Origin: Parcubacteria group bacterium
GTDB lineage: Bacteria > Patescibacteriota > Minisyncoccia > Phycocordibacterales > UBA2135
NCBI GenBank assembly: GCA_016176785.1
Contig: JACOWN010000007.1
Location: 6,970 to 70,969, forward strand
Direction of reading: 5' to 3'
DNA: 64,000 nucleotides
The position numbers were made by a program, and so were the translations under genes. The notes below the pieces were generated by a model. The model was not told where the DNA came from. It saw only the letters and a list, made by a program, of their open reading frames with translations, and made no database searches. Within the stretch, counting starts at the first letter, position 1; every line of letters begins with the position of its first letter. Below, one piece after another: positions 9,366 to 18,216 of this stretch.

Positions 9366-9830
9366 ATGGAGGAAAAGCATTTTCTTTCGCAGGAAAAACA
9401 CGACGCGTTGACGGCCGAGCTCGCCGACCTCAAAACGCGCAAGCGGCGCGAGATCGCCGAAAAACTTGAATATGCAAAATCGCTTGGCGACCTTTCGGAG
9501 AACTCGGAGTATCAGGAGGCGCGCGAATCGCAAGCGGCGATCGAGGAGCGCATTTCAACGATTGAGACCGTTTTAAAATCCGCCGAGATCGTCGCCGACA
9601 GAGGGGGAGACACCATTGACATTGGAAGCACCGTCACGCTCCGCAAGGCGAATTCTTCCGGAACGCAGACCTACAAACTCGTCGGTTCGGAGGAGGCGGA
9701 TATCGCGGACGGGAAGATATCAAACCACTCTCCGCTCGGCGAAGCGCTCCTCGGGAAAAAAACGGGCGATACGGTGCGCTACCTGACGCCGAACGGCGAG
9801 GCGTCGTGCACCATTGTCAAGGTTACGTAA
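9366..9830 (+). CDS. greA: transcription elongation factor GreA
   Basis: 154 aa; N-terminal coiled coil with the conserved LSENSEYQ(E)A acidic tip region; C-terminal FKBP-like domain. Confidence 0.9.
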   Translation: MEEKHFLSQEKHDALTAELADLKTRKRREIAEKLEYAKSLGDLSENSEYQEARESQAAIEERISTIETVLKSAEIVADRGGDTIDIGSTVTLRKANSSGTQTYKLVGSEEADIADGKISNHSPLGEALLGKKTGDTVRYLTPNGEASCTIVKVT

Positions 9831-9847
9831 CCCGCGCCGCAGACCCC

Positions 9848-11317
9848 ATGTCTTCACTAGACGAGATCCAGGGCGATCGCATCAAAAAACTTCGGCTCCT
9901 TAAAGAAGGCGGGATGGACCCGTACCCGTCTTTGGCGCGGCGGACGACCGAGGTCGGTCGCGCGCTTCGCATGTTTGATGCGCTCGCGGGACAGAAAAAG
10001 GCGCTCACCATGGCGGGCCGCATCATGTCGCTCCGGCGGCAAGGCGGCCTCATTTTTTTTCATTTCTTTGACGGAACGGGCACGCTGCAGGCGACGCTTA
10101 AAAAAGACGACGCCGGCGAGCGGCTGTTTTCGCTTTTTGAAAATGCCGCGGATATCGGCGATTTTGTTGAGCTGGCTGGCGTTCTCGGGATGACGCAACG
10201 CGGCGAGCGGACGCTTTTTGCCCGCGCATGGAGAATGCTTGCGAAGAGCATTCGGCCGCTTCCCGACAAATGGCACGGCTTGCAGGACGTTGAAGAGCGT
10301 TTTCGGCGGCGGTATCTTGACCTCGCGATGTCGCCCGAAACTCGCGCGCGTTTTCTTAAACGGACAGAAATCATCGCCCTTGTGCGCGCGCTCCTCAACA
10401 AAGCGGGATATCTTGAGGTTGAAACGCCGGCGCTTCAGCCGCTTTACGGCGGAGCGAGCGCCGAACCGTTCGTGACGCACCACAATACGCTTGATGTTGA
10501 TCTGTACCTTCGCATCTCCGACGAATTGTATCTGAAGCGGCTCCTCGTCGGCGGTTTCCCGCGCATCTATGAGATCGGCAAGAATTTTCGGAATGAGGGC
10601 ATTGATGCGACGCACTATCCTGAGTTCACCATGCTTGAGTTTTATGAAGCGTACACCGATGCGCGCCGACAAATGCGATTTGTCGAGCGGCTTATCAAAA
10701 CGCTCGCCAAGCGGCTCTACGGCAAGGCGAGCATACGCTTTGACGGAGAGGACATTGACCTTTCGCGGCCGTTCGCCGTCGTGCCGTTCCGCGCGGCGCT
10801 CGAGAAATACGCGCACCTCGCGAAGCCGCTTGAAGCGTCCCGCGACGAGCTCTTTCGCGTTGCGAAAGAGCACGGTGCCGCCGCGGCAGAGGGCGACAGC
10901 CGGGCGAAACTGCTTGACCTTTTATTCAAAAAACTGTGCCGGCGCCATCTGGTTCAGCCGACGTTCGTCACGGAGTATCCCACCGGCTACCTTCCGCTCG
11001 CGAAAGAGAAAAAGCGCATGCGCGGCGTTGCCGACGCGTTCCAGCTCTACATCGGCGGCGTGGAATTGGTCAAGGCGTTTTCGGAATTGAACGACCCCGC
11101 GGAACAGCGCAGCCGTTTCCTCGCGGAAGAGCGATTTCGCACCGCTGGCGACGAGGAAGCGCAACGATTGGACGAGGATTTTCTTGAAGCGATGGAATAC
11201 GGCATGCCGCCCGCGGGCGGCGTCGGCATCGGCATTGACCGTTTGGTCATGGTGCTGACCGATACGAAGAACATTAAAGAGGTAATCCTTTTTCCCGCGA
11301 TGCGGCCGAAACGGTAG
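9848..11317 (+). CDS. lysS: lysyl-tRNA synthetase, class II
   Basis: OB-fold N-domain, class II motifs (FPRIYEIGKNFRNEG, ..GGVGIGIDRLVM..); the ATG at 9848 is preferred over the overlapping upstream start. Confidence 0.9.
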   Translation: MSSLDEIQGDRIKKLRLLKEGGMDPYPSLARRTTEVGRALRMFDALAGQKKALTMAGRIMSLRRQGGLIFFHFFDGTGTLQATLKKDDAGERLFSLFENAADIGDFVELAGVLGMTQRGERTLFARAWRMLAKSIRPLPDKWHGLQDVEERFRRRYLDLAMSPETRARFLKRTEIIALVRALLNKAGYLEVETPALQPLYGGASAEPFVTHHNTLDVDLYLRISDELYLKRLLVGGFPRIYEIGKNFRNEGIDATHYPEFTMLEFYEAYTDARRQMRFVERLIKTLAKRLYGKASIRFDGEDIDLSRPFAVVPFRAALEKYAHLAKPLEASRDELFRVAKEHGAAAAEGDSRAKLLDLLFKKLCRRHLVQPTFVTEYPTGYLPLAKEKKRMRGVADAFQLYIGGVELVKAFSELNDPAEQRSRFLAEERFRTAGDEEAQRLDEDFLEAMEYGMPPAGGVGIGIDRLVMVLTDTKNIKEVILFPAMRPKR

Positions 11318-11422
11318 TTGTCTTTTTCGGAGCTGACTGCGGCAGTTGCCCTCCTTGACAAGAGCGTTTATTTTGTGTAGCTTCTTTGCAGAAACAGAAA
11401 ATCTCCCCGAGGAGGAGCCGTT

Positions 11423-12037
11423 ATGAAGTTGAAAAAAAACGGCTTTGTCATGCGAGTTGCGTACGGCGATAATATGCTGAACGCACTTCGAGTTGCGTTT
11501 GGCCGTAATATTCTGAACGCACTTCAACCTCCCGAGTTGCCCAAGCGGGTCAGTGTATGCGCCCTCTTTTGGCGTTTTGTCAAAAATTGTGTCTTAATAC
11601 CGTTTGGTTACCTCAGCTTCGGCTGCTTTATTCTCGCTATTGCCGTAATGTTTGGCATCACTTTCGTGATCGTATTCTTCTTTGCGCGGCGGCCACCTGT
11701 TTTTGCGAACGACGACAAAGGGAAAACGCTCGTGTTCTACAAGAAATGGCCGACGCTTGCTGGCCATCGAGTGTATCCAGCCGCCATCTTTTTACTGGCG
11801 CTCGCCGCATGGGCGCTTTGGCTTCTCGGCTATGCCTTTGTCGCCTGGGTCTCCGACCCGTCGGTGGGGGTGTGGTTTGCGATAACGGTGTTGCTTGCCC
11901 TTGTCGTGTTGCTTCCGGTAGTTCTTTTTTGCATTTTGTTCGCGAGGTTCCTGAAGAGCGAGGCGTGGCAGCTTTTCAAAGAATTCATAAAAGCGAGGAA
12001 GCAGAAAATCTGTCCCTTCGTTGACATCGTGGAGTAA
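11423..12037 (+). CDS. hypothetical integral membrane protein
   Basis: 204 aa, 4 predicted TM helices; preceded by TTGACA-17-TAGCTT and a GAGGAGG RBS. Confidence 0.5.
   Translation: MKLKKNGFVMRVAYGDNMLNALRVAFGRNILNALQPPELPKRVSVCALFWRFVKNCVLIPFGYLSFGCFILAIAVMFGITFVIVFFFARRPPVFANDDKGKTLVFYKKWPTLAGHRVYPAAIFLLALAAWALWLLGYAFVAWVSDPSVGVWFAITVLLALVVLLPVVLFCILFARFLKSEAWQLFKEFIKARKQKICPFVDIVE
11451..11522 (+). repeat. imperfect 36-bp tandem duplication inside the coding sequence
   Basis: cgagttgcgtacggcgataatatgctgaacgcactt / cgagttgcgtttggccgtaatattctgaacgcactt, encoding RVAYGDNMLNAL/RVAFGRNILNAL. Confidence 0.6.
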
Positions 12038-12091
12038 GTTGTTTTTCTCGTCATCGGCATCGTTTTACGGCTCGTCAGAGCCGTTTTTTGT

Positions 12092-12176
12092 TGTGGATAA
12101 ACCGGTAAAAGGACCGTCCTTTTCGCAAAAAGGACGGTCCTTTGAGGGAGTTATCCACAGGCGGTTTGTGTGGATA
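12092..12176. repeat. bipartite repeat locus A: three TTATCCACA-type boxes flanking an inverted pair of AAAGGACSGTCCTTT palindromes
   Basis: TGTGGATAA at 12092, AAAAGGACCGTCCTTT at 12107, AAAAAGGACGGTCCTTT at 12127, TTATCCACA at 12151, TGTGGATAA at 12168; the same bipartite motif recurs at 38264, 48994 and 53858. Confidence 0.6.
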
Positions 12177-12184
12177 ACCGGTTT

Positions 12185-12240
12185 TGCTTGGTGGGTGAAA
12201 GTGGAGTACAATAATAGACAAGTGGTAAGAAGTGGAAAAA
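12185..12240 (+). promoter_or_regulatory. mraZ promoter (TTGCTT-17-TACAAT) with three AAGTGG direct repeats (candidate MraZ operator)
   Basis: -35 at 12185-12190, -10 at 12208-12213; AAGTGG at about 12198, 12219 and 12229 with 21- and 10-bp phasing immediately upstream of the mraZ ATG. Confidence 0.45.
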
Positions 12241-12675
12241 ATGCTCATTGGTGAATACCGCCATTCCATAGACGCAAAAAAACGGCTTTCATTGCCGGCG
12301 AAGTTTCGTAAGGAGATCGGCGGACAAGTGGTGGTGACGCGCGGATTTGATACGTGCCTTTACATTTACCCGCTCAAGGAATGGAGCCGCGTTACCGAAA
12401 AATTGCGCGGGCTCTCCATGGGCCAGCGCGACCAGCGCGGCGTAAATCGTTTTATGCTTGGCGGCGCCGTGGAAGCGGACGTTGACGCGCTGGGGCGCAT
12501 CCTTGTTCCCGATTTTTTGAAAACATTCGCGCGTCTTTCAAACAAAGTGGTGCTCGTCGGCGTGAACGACCACGTTGAGATCTGGGATGAAAAAACATGG
12601 AACGCATATCGTACTCGCATTGAAAAGAAGGCGGATGAATTGGCCGAGAAGTTGGGCGAGATAGGAGCCATTTAG
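12241..12675 (+). CDS. mraZ: transcriptional regulator MraZ
   Basis: MLIGEYRHSIDAKKRLSLPAKFR = the first of the duplicated MraZ/UPF0040 halves; the second half follows; first gene of the dcw cluster. Confidence 0.85.
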   Translation: MLIGEYRHSIDAKKRLSLPAKFRKEIGGQVVVTRGFDTCLYIYPLKEWSRVTEKLRGLSMGQRDQRGVNRFMLGGAVEADVDALGRILVPDFLKTFARLSNKVVLVGVNDHVEIWDEKTWNAYRTRIEKKADELAEKLGEIGAI

Positions 12676-12745
12676 GAGATTATCGCCGTTATTTTTAGTT
12701 TGCGGCTTTGAGGAATGGGGCCAGAGAAAATAATCGCTGAAATTC

Positions 12746-13645
12746 ATGCACATTCCCGTTCTTTTACACGAAAGCATTGAGGGACTTGCGGCGCGGGAAG
12801 GCGATGTCGTGCTTGATGCAACGGTTGGGGACGGCGGCCATGCCCGCGCTCTCTGCGAGCGCATCGGGGCATCGGGGCGGCTCATCGGCATTGACTTGGA
12901 TGAAGACGCGCTTACCGAGGCGCGGCGCGCGCTTGCGAACTCCCCCTGCCGGCACGACCTCTTTCAGGCGAACTTCAGGGAATTAGACGGCGTACTAAGG
13001 CGAGCGCACGTGAAAGGAGTGCAGAGAGTTCTTTTGGACCTTGGCATGCGTTCCGACCAGCTCGAACGTTCCGGACGAGGTTTTTCTTTCCTGCGCGACG
13101 AGCCGCTTCTCATGACTTTTGAAAAAATATCGCCTGATAGCACGATGCGCACGGCCGCGGCAATCGTGAACACCTGGCCGGAGGAGGACCTCGCAAAAAT
13201 TTTCCGTGAGTACGGCGAAGAACGGCACGCCGACCGTATCGCCGCCGCGATCGTCCGGGCGCGGAAACATGAACGCATCATCGGGACGCGCGCATTAAGA
13301 GACATCGTTACGGGCGCCGTGCCCCCGCGAGGACGCGCCGGACAGAGGGACCCCGCTACGAAAACATTCCAAGCGCTCCGCATCGCCGTGAACGATGAAC
13401 TGGAAGCGCTTCGCGAAGCGCTCCGCAAGAGCGCGGAGGCGCTCCTCCCCGGAGGCCGCATCGCCGTCATTTCTTTCCACAGTTTAGAAGACCGTATCGT
13501 TAAATTATTTTTTAAACAGCTGGCGGACGAAGAATCATTCACCGTCATAACCAAAAAACCCGTTACGCCGTCGCGTGCCGAGAGCGAACGCAACCCACGC
13601 GCGCGAAGCGCAAAGTTGCGCATCGCAGAACGAATATCCCGATGA
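12746..13645 (+). CDS. rsmH: 16S rRNA (cytosine1402-N4)-methyltransferase
   Basis: 299 aa; HIPVLL.E...L....G.VLDAT.G.GGH signature of RsmH/MraW. Confidence 0.9.
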   Translation: MHIPVLLHESIEGLAAREGDVVLDATVGDGGHARALCERIGASGRLIGIDLDEDALTEARRALANSPCRHDLFQANFRELDGVLRRAHVKGVQRVLLDLGMRSDQLERSGRGFSFLRDEPLLMTFEKISPDSTMRTAAAIVNTWPEEDLAKIFREYGEERHADRIAAAIVRARKHERIIGTRALRDIVTGAVPPRGRAGQRDPATKTFQALRIAVNDELEALREALRKSAEALLPGGRIAVISFHSLEDRIVKLFFKQLADEESFTVITKKPVTPSRAESERNPRARSAKLRIAERISR

Positions 13646-13965
13646 AAAACGTCATTCCAACCATCACCATCCAGACCAATACTCCCGCCAAGATGCTCTT
13701 TTGGGGGCTCGTGAGCGCGCTTGCGGCAACGGTTGCCCTGTATATGTATTTTGTCAACGCGACAGTCGTGTACATCGTCATGCGGGATGACGTGGAACGC
13801 CGCATCGGGAGCGTCCAGTCGTCACTTGGCGAGCTTGAGGCGCGATATGCTTCGCTCCAAAACTCTCTTTCCGTCGCTCGCGCGCGCTCCCTTTCGTTTG
13901 AGGAACCGGCGGAACGCACGTTTGCCGCTCGCAAACGTCTCGTCACCACCTTGGTCGGCGAGTAG
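13642..13965 (+). CDS. ftsL: FtsL-like cell division protein
   Basis: 107 aa bitopic protein (single TM segment plus coiled coil); located between rsmH and ftsI. Confidence 0.55.
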   Translation: MKNVIPTITIQTNTPAKMLFWGLVSALAATVALYMYFVNATVVYIVMRDDVERRIGSVQSSLGELEARYASLQNSLSVARARSLSFEEPAERTFAARKRLVTTLVGE

Positions 13966-13991
13966 TGTTTTGATATACTGGATTTTCCATT

Positions 13992-15710
13992 ATGGCGCAC
14001 GATGGTTCAACTTTCCGCGTCCGTTTTCTCTATATCCCCGTCTTCCTGCTTGCCGGCGCGCTCGTGGGAAAACTTTTTTTCGTGCAGATGTTGTACGGCA
14101 GCGAACTCCGAGAACGCGCCGCGGAACAATACATCGCCCCCGTTGCGCAGGCATTTGACCGCGGGTCAATTTTTTTTGAGCGGAAGGACGGGACGCTTTT
14201 CGCCGCGGCAACGCAAAAGAGCGGTTTTACCGTCGCCTTAAATCCGAGCGAGATCGCCGATGCGGCGGCGGTATTCCGTCTCCTCGTTCCGCTCCTGCCC
14301 AATCTTGACGAGACGGCGTTTTTTTTGAAAGCGGGCAAACGCAACGACCCTTATGAAGAGATCGCATGGCGCATTCCCGAAGAAAATGCCGTCGCCATTG
14401 AAGAGGCGCGCATCACGGGGGTGCACTTGTATCGCGATAAATGGCGTTTCTATCCGTCAGGAACGCTCGCGGCCCAGGCGCTCGGCTTCGTGGGATTTGA
14501 CGGCAAAAATTTGAGCGGACGCTACGGAGTAGAGAGATACTACAACGACTCTCTTGAGCGCGACGCAAACACGCGCCGCATCAATTTTTTTGCCGAGATG
14601 TTCGCTAACATCGGAAGGTCGTTTTTGTACACGCGGGAATCGCGCACCGGCGATGTCGTGTTGACGATAGAGCCGGAAGTTGAGCGGTTCGTTGAAGCGG
14701 AGCTCGCAGCGCTTTCGTCGCGGTGGCGAAGTCGAGCGGCCGGCGCCATCGTCATTGAACCGAAGACCGGCGCTTTGCGCGCTCTGGCCGCATACCCCAC
14801 ATTTGATCTGAACTCCTTTCAGTCCGAAAGCGATTACGCCATTTTCGGGAATCCGTTGGTGGAAAACGTGTATGAACTCGGTTCCATCATGAAGCCGCTC
14901 ACGCTCGCGGCGGGATTTGATGCGGGCGTTGTGGCGGCCGAGACGACCTACTATGACCGAGGGTATGTGCTTTTTGACGGGGCGCGCATAGAGAACTTTG
15001 ACGGAAAGGGGAGGGGAACGGTTGACATGCAACATGTTTTGAACGAATCGCTCAATACCGGAGCCGTGTATGTGATGCAGCAGTTGGGCGGCAGGCGGTT
15101 CGCCGATTATTTGCTCGCGTTCGGCCTCGGCGAAGAGACGGGCATTGACGTGCCGAACGAAACGCACGGGCTCGTCGGCAATCTCTCAAGTTCCCGAACC
15201 GTTGAGTACGCGACGGCGTCGTTCGGGCAGGGGATAGCGGTGACGCCGATCGCCATGGCGCGGGCGCTCTCCGCGCTCGCGAACGGCGGCGTCTTGGTAA
15301 CGCCGCACGTCGTTGACCGCGTCGTTTCAAAGATAGGTTCAACGCACCCCATCACCTACGGGGGGGAAACCCGCGTTATCAAAAAGGAGGCGGCGGATGA
15401 GATAACGCGGATGCTCGTCAAGGTTGTTGACGTGGCGCTCGCCGGAGGGACGGTAAAACTTGCGGGATACAGCGTCGCCGCGAAAACCGGCACGGCGCAG
15501 ATCGCTCGTCCGCAAGGGGGCGGCTACTACGAAGACCGTTTTCTGCATTCCTTCTTCGGGTATTTTCCCGCGTATGACCCGCGTTTTCTGATTTTTTTCT
15601 TTATGGTTGAGCCGCAAGGAGTCCGGTACGCGTCGGAGACGCTCACGAAGCCCTTTATGGACACGGTCAAGTTTTTAATCAATTATTACGAAATACCGCC
15701 CGACCGATAG
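13992..15710 (+). CDS. ftsI: penicillin-binding protein (FtsI/PBP3-type septal transpeptidase)
   Basis: 572 aa; N-terminal TM segment; SxxK (GSIMKP), SxN (SLNTG), KTG (KTGTAQ); dcw position. Confidence 0.85.
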   Translation: MAHDGSTFRVRFLYIPVFLLAGALVGKLFFVQMLYGSELRERAAEQYIAPVAQAFDRGSIFFERKDGTLFAAATQKSGFTVALNPSEIADAAAVFRLLVPLLPNLDETAFFLKAGKRNDPYEEIAWRIPEENAVAIEEARITGVHLYRDKWRFYPSGTLAAQALGFVGFDGKNLSGRYGVERYYNDSLERDANTRRINFFAEMFANIGRSFLYTRESRTGDVVLTIEPEVERFVEAELAALSSRWRSRAAGAIVIEPKTGALRALAAYPTFDLNSFQSESDYAIFGNPLVENVYELGSIMKPLTLAAGFDAGVVAAETTYYDRGYVLFDGARIENFDGKGRGTVDMQHVLNESLNTGAVYVMQQLGGRRFADYLLAFGLGEETGIDVPNETHGLVGNLSSSRTVEYATASFGQGIAVTPIAMARALSALANGGVLVTPHVVDRVVSKIGSTHPITYGGETRVIKKEAADEITRMLVKVVDVALAGGTVKLAGYSVAAKTGTAQIARPQGGGYYEDRFLHSFFGYFPAYDPRFLIFFFMVEPQGVRYASETLTKPFMDTVKFLINYYEIPPDR

Positions 15711-15741
15711 TCGCCGCGGCATGTATCGCGCATAGGCAACG

Positions 15742-17037
15742 ATGCTGAAAGATATACTCAAAAAAACGGTTGTTTTCATACTCACTCTTGAAGCGAGGGC
15801 TGTTTTGAAAAAGTACAAACCCCGCATCGTCGCGGTGACGGGGAGCGTGGGGAAGACGTCCGGAAAAGACGCGATACGCGCCGTGCTTGAGCCGCATTTT
15901 TTTGTGCGGGCGAGCGCAAAGAGTTACAACAGCGAGATCGGCGTCCCGCTCTCAATTCTCGGAAGCGAGAACGGATGGGAGAATCCATTCGCGTGGTTTG
16001 CCGTTTTCTGCGAGGGGCTCGCGCTTATTTTTTTGAAAAATCATTATCCAAGTTGGCTCGTGCTTGAGGTCGGCGCCGACCGACCGGGCGATATTCAAGC
16101 GTTTACCCGATGGATTGCGCCCGACGTCGTCGTCATAACGCGCTTTGGGGAGGCGCCGGTCCACGTTGAGTTTTTTGACTCGCGCGATGCGTTGGTCCGG
16201 GAAAAATCGCATCTTGCGCATGCCGTAAAAGCGGACGGCGTCCTTGTGCTCAATGCGGATGACCCCGACGTGGCGCGATTGCGCGAGAGCATACACGGCA
16301 GGCGTCTTGTTGCCTACGGCATGAGTGAAGGCGCGAACGTCCGCGGCTCGCACGCAGAGGTGCGTTTTGAAGACGGGGAGCCGGTCGGCATGCAGGCGAA
16401 GGTGGCGTATGACGGGAACGTTTTTCCGCTTGTCATGCGGGGCACGCTCGGCATGCCGATACTTGAGGCGGCGCTTGCCGCGCTTGCGGTCGGGTCGGCG
16501 CTCGGCGTCAATCTCGTCTCCGCGCTCCCCGCACTCGCCGCGTTCCGCGCTCCCCCCGGTCGCATGCGTCTTATCAAGGGACTCAAGGGGAGCGTCATTA
16601 TTGACGACTCGTACAATTCTTCTCCCGCCGCGGCGCGCGCGGCGCTTGAGGCGCTGGCGGAGCTTCAGGTAACGGGGCGGAAGATCGCGGCATTGGGAGA
16701 CATGCTTGAACTGGGGAAAGAAAGTGTTTCGGAACATAAAAAAATCGGCGCGCTCGCCGCGACCGCCTGCGACGTACTCGTCACTGTCGGCGTGCGGGCA
16801 CAGATTATGGAGGACGCCGCGCACGCAAAACGAATGAAGAAAGGCGCCGCATTCCACTTTGATACGGCGTTTGAGGCGGGGGAGTTTTTGGCCGGTTTCG
16901 TCGGGGAAGGAGACGCCGTTCTCGTGAAGGGTTCGCAATCGATCCGGATGGAGCGCGTGGTTAAGAAAATTATGGCGGAGCCGGAGCGGGCGGGGGAATT
17001 TTTGGTGCGCCAAGAGCCGGAGTGGCGGCGCCGCTGA
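15742..17037 (+). CDS. murF: Mur ligase, probably UDP-MurNAc-tripeptide--D-Ala-D-Ala ligase
   Basis: 431 aa; P-loop VTGSVGKTS of Mur ligases; dcw position after ftsI; a MurE assignment cannot be excluded. Confidence 0.65.
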   Translation: MLKDILKKTVVFILTLEARAVLKKYKPRIVAVTGSVGKTSGKDAIRAVLEPHFFVRASAKSYNSEIGVPLSILGSENGWENPFAWFAVFCEGLALIFLKNHYPSWLVLEVGADRPGDIQAFTRWIAPDVVVITRFGEAPVHVEFFDSRDALVREKSHLAHAVKADGVLVLNADDPDVARLRESIHGRRLVAYGMSEGANVRGSHAEVRFEDGEPVGMQAKVAYDGNVFPLVMRGTLGMPILEAALAALAVGSALGVNLVSALPALAAFRAPPGRMRLIKGLKGSVIIDDSYNSSPAAARAALEALAELQVTGRKIAALGDMLELGKESVSEHKKIGALAATACDVLVTVGVRAQIMEDAAHAKRMKKGAAFHFDTAFEAGEFLAGFVGEGDAVLVKGSQSIRMERVVKKIMAEPERAGEFLVRQEPEWRRR

Positions 17038-17131
17038 CTATTTTAAAGATAAAGAAGGCGCGTGCGGAGCGGCAAATTTTTGTAACTTTGTTTTGTTTGT
17101 TTTTTGGTTGCGGTGCGCGAGCCTCGCGGTT

Positions 17132-18139
17132 TTACTGTATTTTTTCAAGCTTGTAGGTTGTCGGCGCTTTTGCAAACCACTTCTCAAGTTCGGGGAGCGC
17201 GAGAAGCCCCTCCTGCGCACCGACATATTGGACGACGGAGGCGGAGTTTATCGGAGCCAAAGCGAACGCTTCGGGCAGGGTTTTTCCCAATGCCATGAGC
17301 GCGGTCAAGGTTGACGCGAATGCGTCTCCTGCGCCGGTCCTGTCAACCGGCGGCGCGGGGTCGGGGTACATCGGCATATGCCACATATCCGCGCCGTCGT
17401 GCATGTATGCGCCATTCGGGCCATCGGTGATGAAAATGACTTTTGGCCCCAGCGCTCGCATTTCCGCAAGGAGTTTTTTGATGTCATCTTCGCTTGTGTT
17501 CAAGATCCGCCGCGCTTCTTCAACATTGCAGAAAAAAAGCTCCGTCACCGCATACACGTCCTTAAGCGTTTTGTGTCCGAGCCGGACTTGAAACGTGCCG
17601 GGCTGGAAGGCGAGTTTTATCTCCGGATGCGCCGTGAGATAATCGGCGATCGCGCGGTGGAACGCAAGGGTCTTTTCTCCGACCGAAGACAGGTAGAGCC
17701 ATTTCGGCGAACCGATGTCCGGCAATTCGTAAGAGTACTCCTGATGCTTTACCAAAATCGTCCGTTCCTCTTCGTACCACAGCACAAAGTGATAATTACT
17801 TTTTTCCCCCTCATGGACTTTTACAAAATCGGTCGCAACGCCCTCTTTTTTGAGCCGCTCAATTTTGAGGTTGCCCCGCAGGTCATCGCCCAAATTGGTA
17901 ACGAGCGCAGAAGTAAGGCCGAGGCGTCTTGCCGCGACCGCCGCGTTCGGGCTGTTGCCCACCGCGGGAACTTCAATGAGCTCGTCGTATTCAATCTTGT
18001 CCCCGAAATTGAAACAGATTTTTTTCTTGCGCGAGTCCTCTCGCTCAATAGCCGCGTCATCGCCCGAGAGGCGGATGAAGGCGTCGGTGGTGATGTCGCC
18101 CACGGCGACGAAGTCAAAATCTTTTCCCATACTTTTCAT
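17132..18139 (-). CDS. PfkB-family carbohydrate/nucleoside kinase (ribokinase-like)
   Basis: N-terminal VAVGDITTD and C-terminal DRTGAGDAF signature of the ribokinase/PfkB family; start ambiguous among 18157, 18139 and 18130. Confidence 0.8.
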   Translation of the reverse strand: MKSMGKDFDFVAVGDITTDAFIRLSGDDAAIEREDSRKKKICFNFGDKIEYDELIEVPAVGNSPNAAVAARRLGLTSALVTNLGDDLRGNLKIERLKKEGVATDFVKVHEGEKSNYHFVLWYEEERTILVKHQEYSYELPDIGSPKWLYLSSVGEKTLAFHRAIADYLTAHPEIKLAFQPGTFQVRLGHKTLKDVYAVTELFFCNVEEARRILNTSEDDIKKLLAEMRALGPKVIFITDGPNGAYMHDGADMWHMPMYPDPAPPVDRTGAGDAFASTLTALMALGKTLPEAFALAPINSASVVQYVGAQEGLLALPELEKWFAKAPTTYKLEKIQ

Positions 18140-18216
18140 GCGACCGCTTGACCGCATATTTTATACTACCACATCGTTTGTTTTGTGTGGAATGGGGATG
18201 TGGTACACTATACGGA

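Noticed and set aside
12092-12176. Cluster of three perfect DnaA boxes interpreted as oriC
   Set aside because: There is no adjacent dnaA, dnaN or gyrB and no AT-rich unwinding element. The same TGTGGATAA motif is paired with the GGACSGTCC palindrome at three other loci. A regulatory or repeat-element role is more parsimonious. DnaA-dependent regulation is kept as a hypothesis only.
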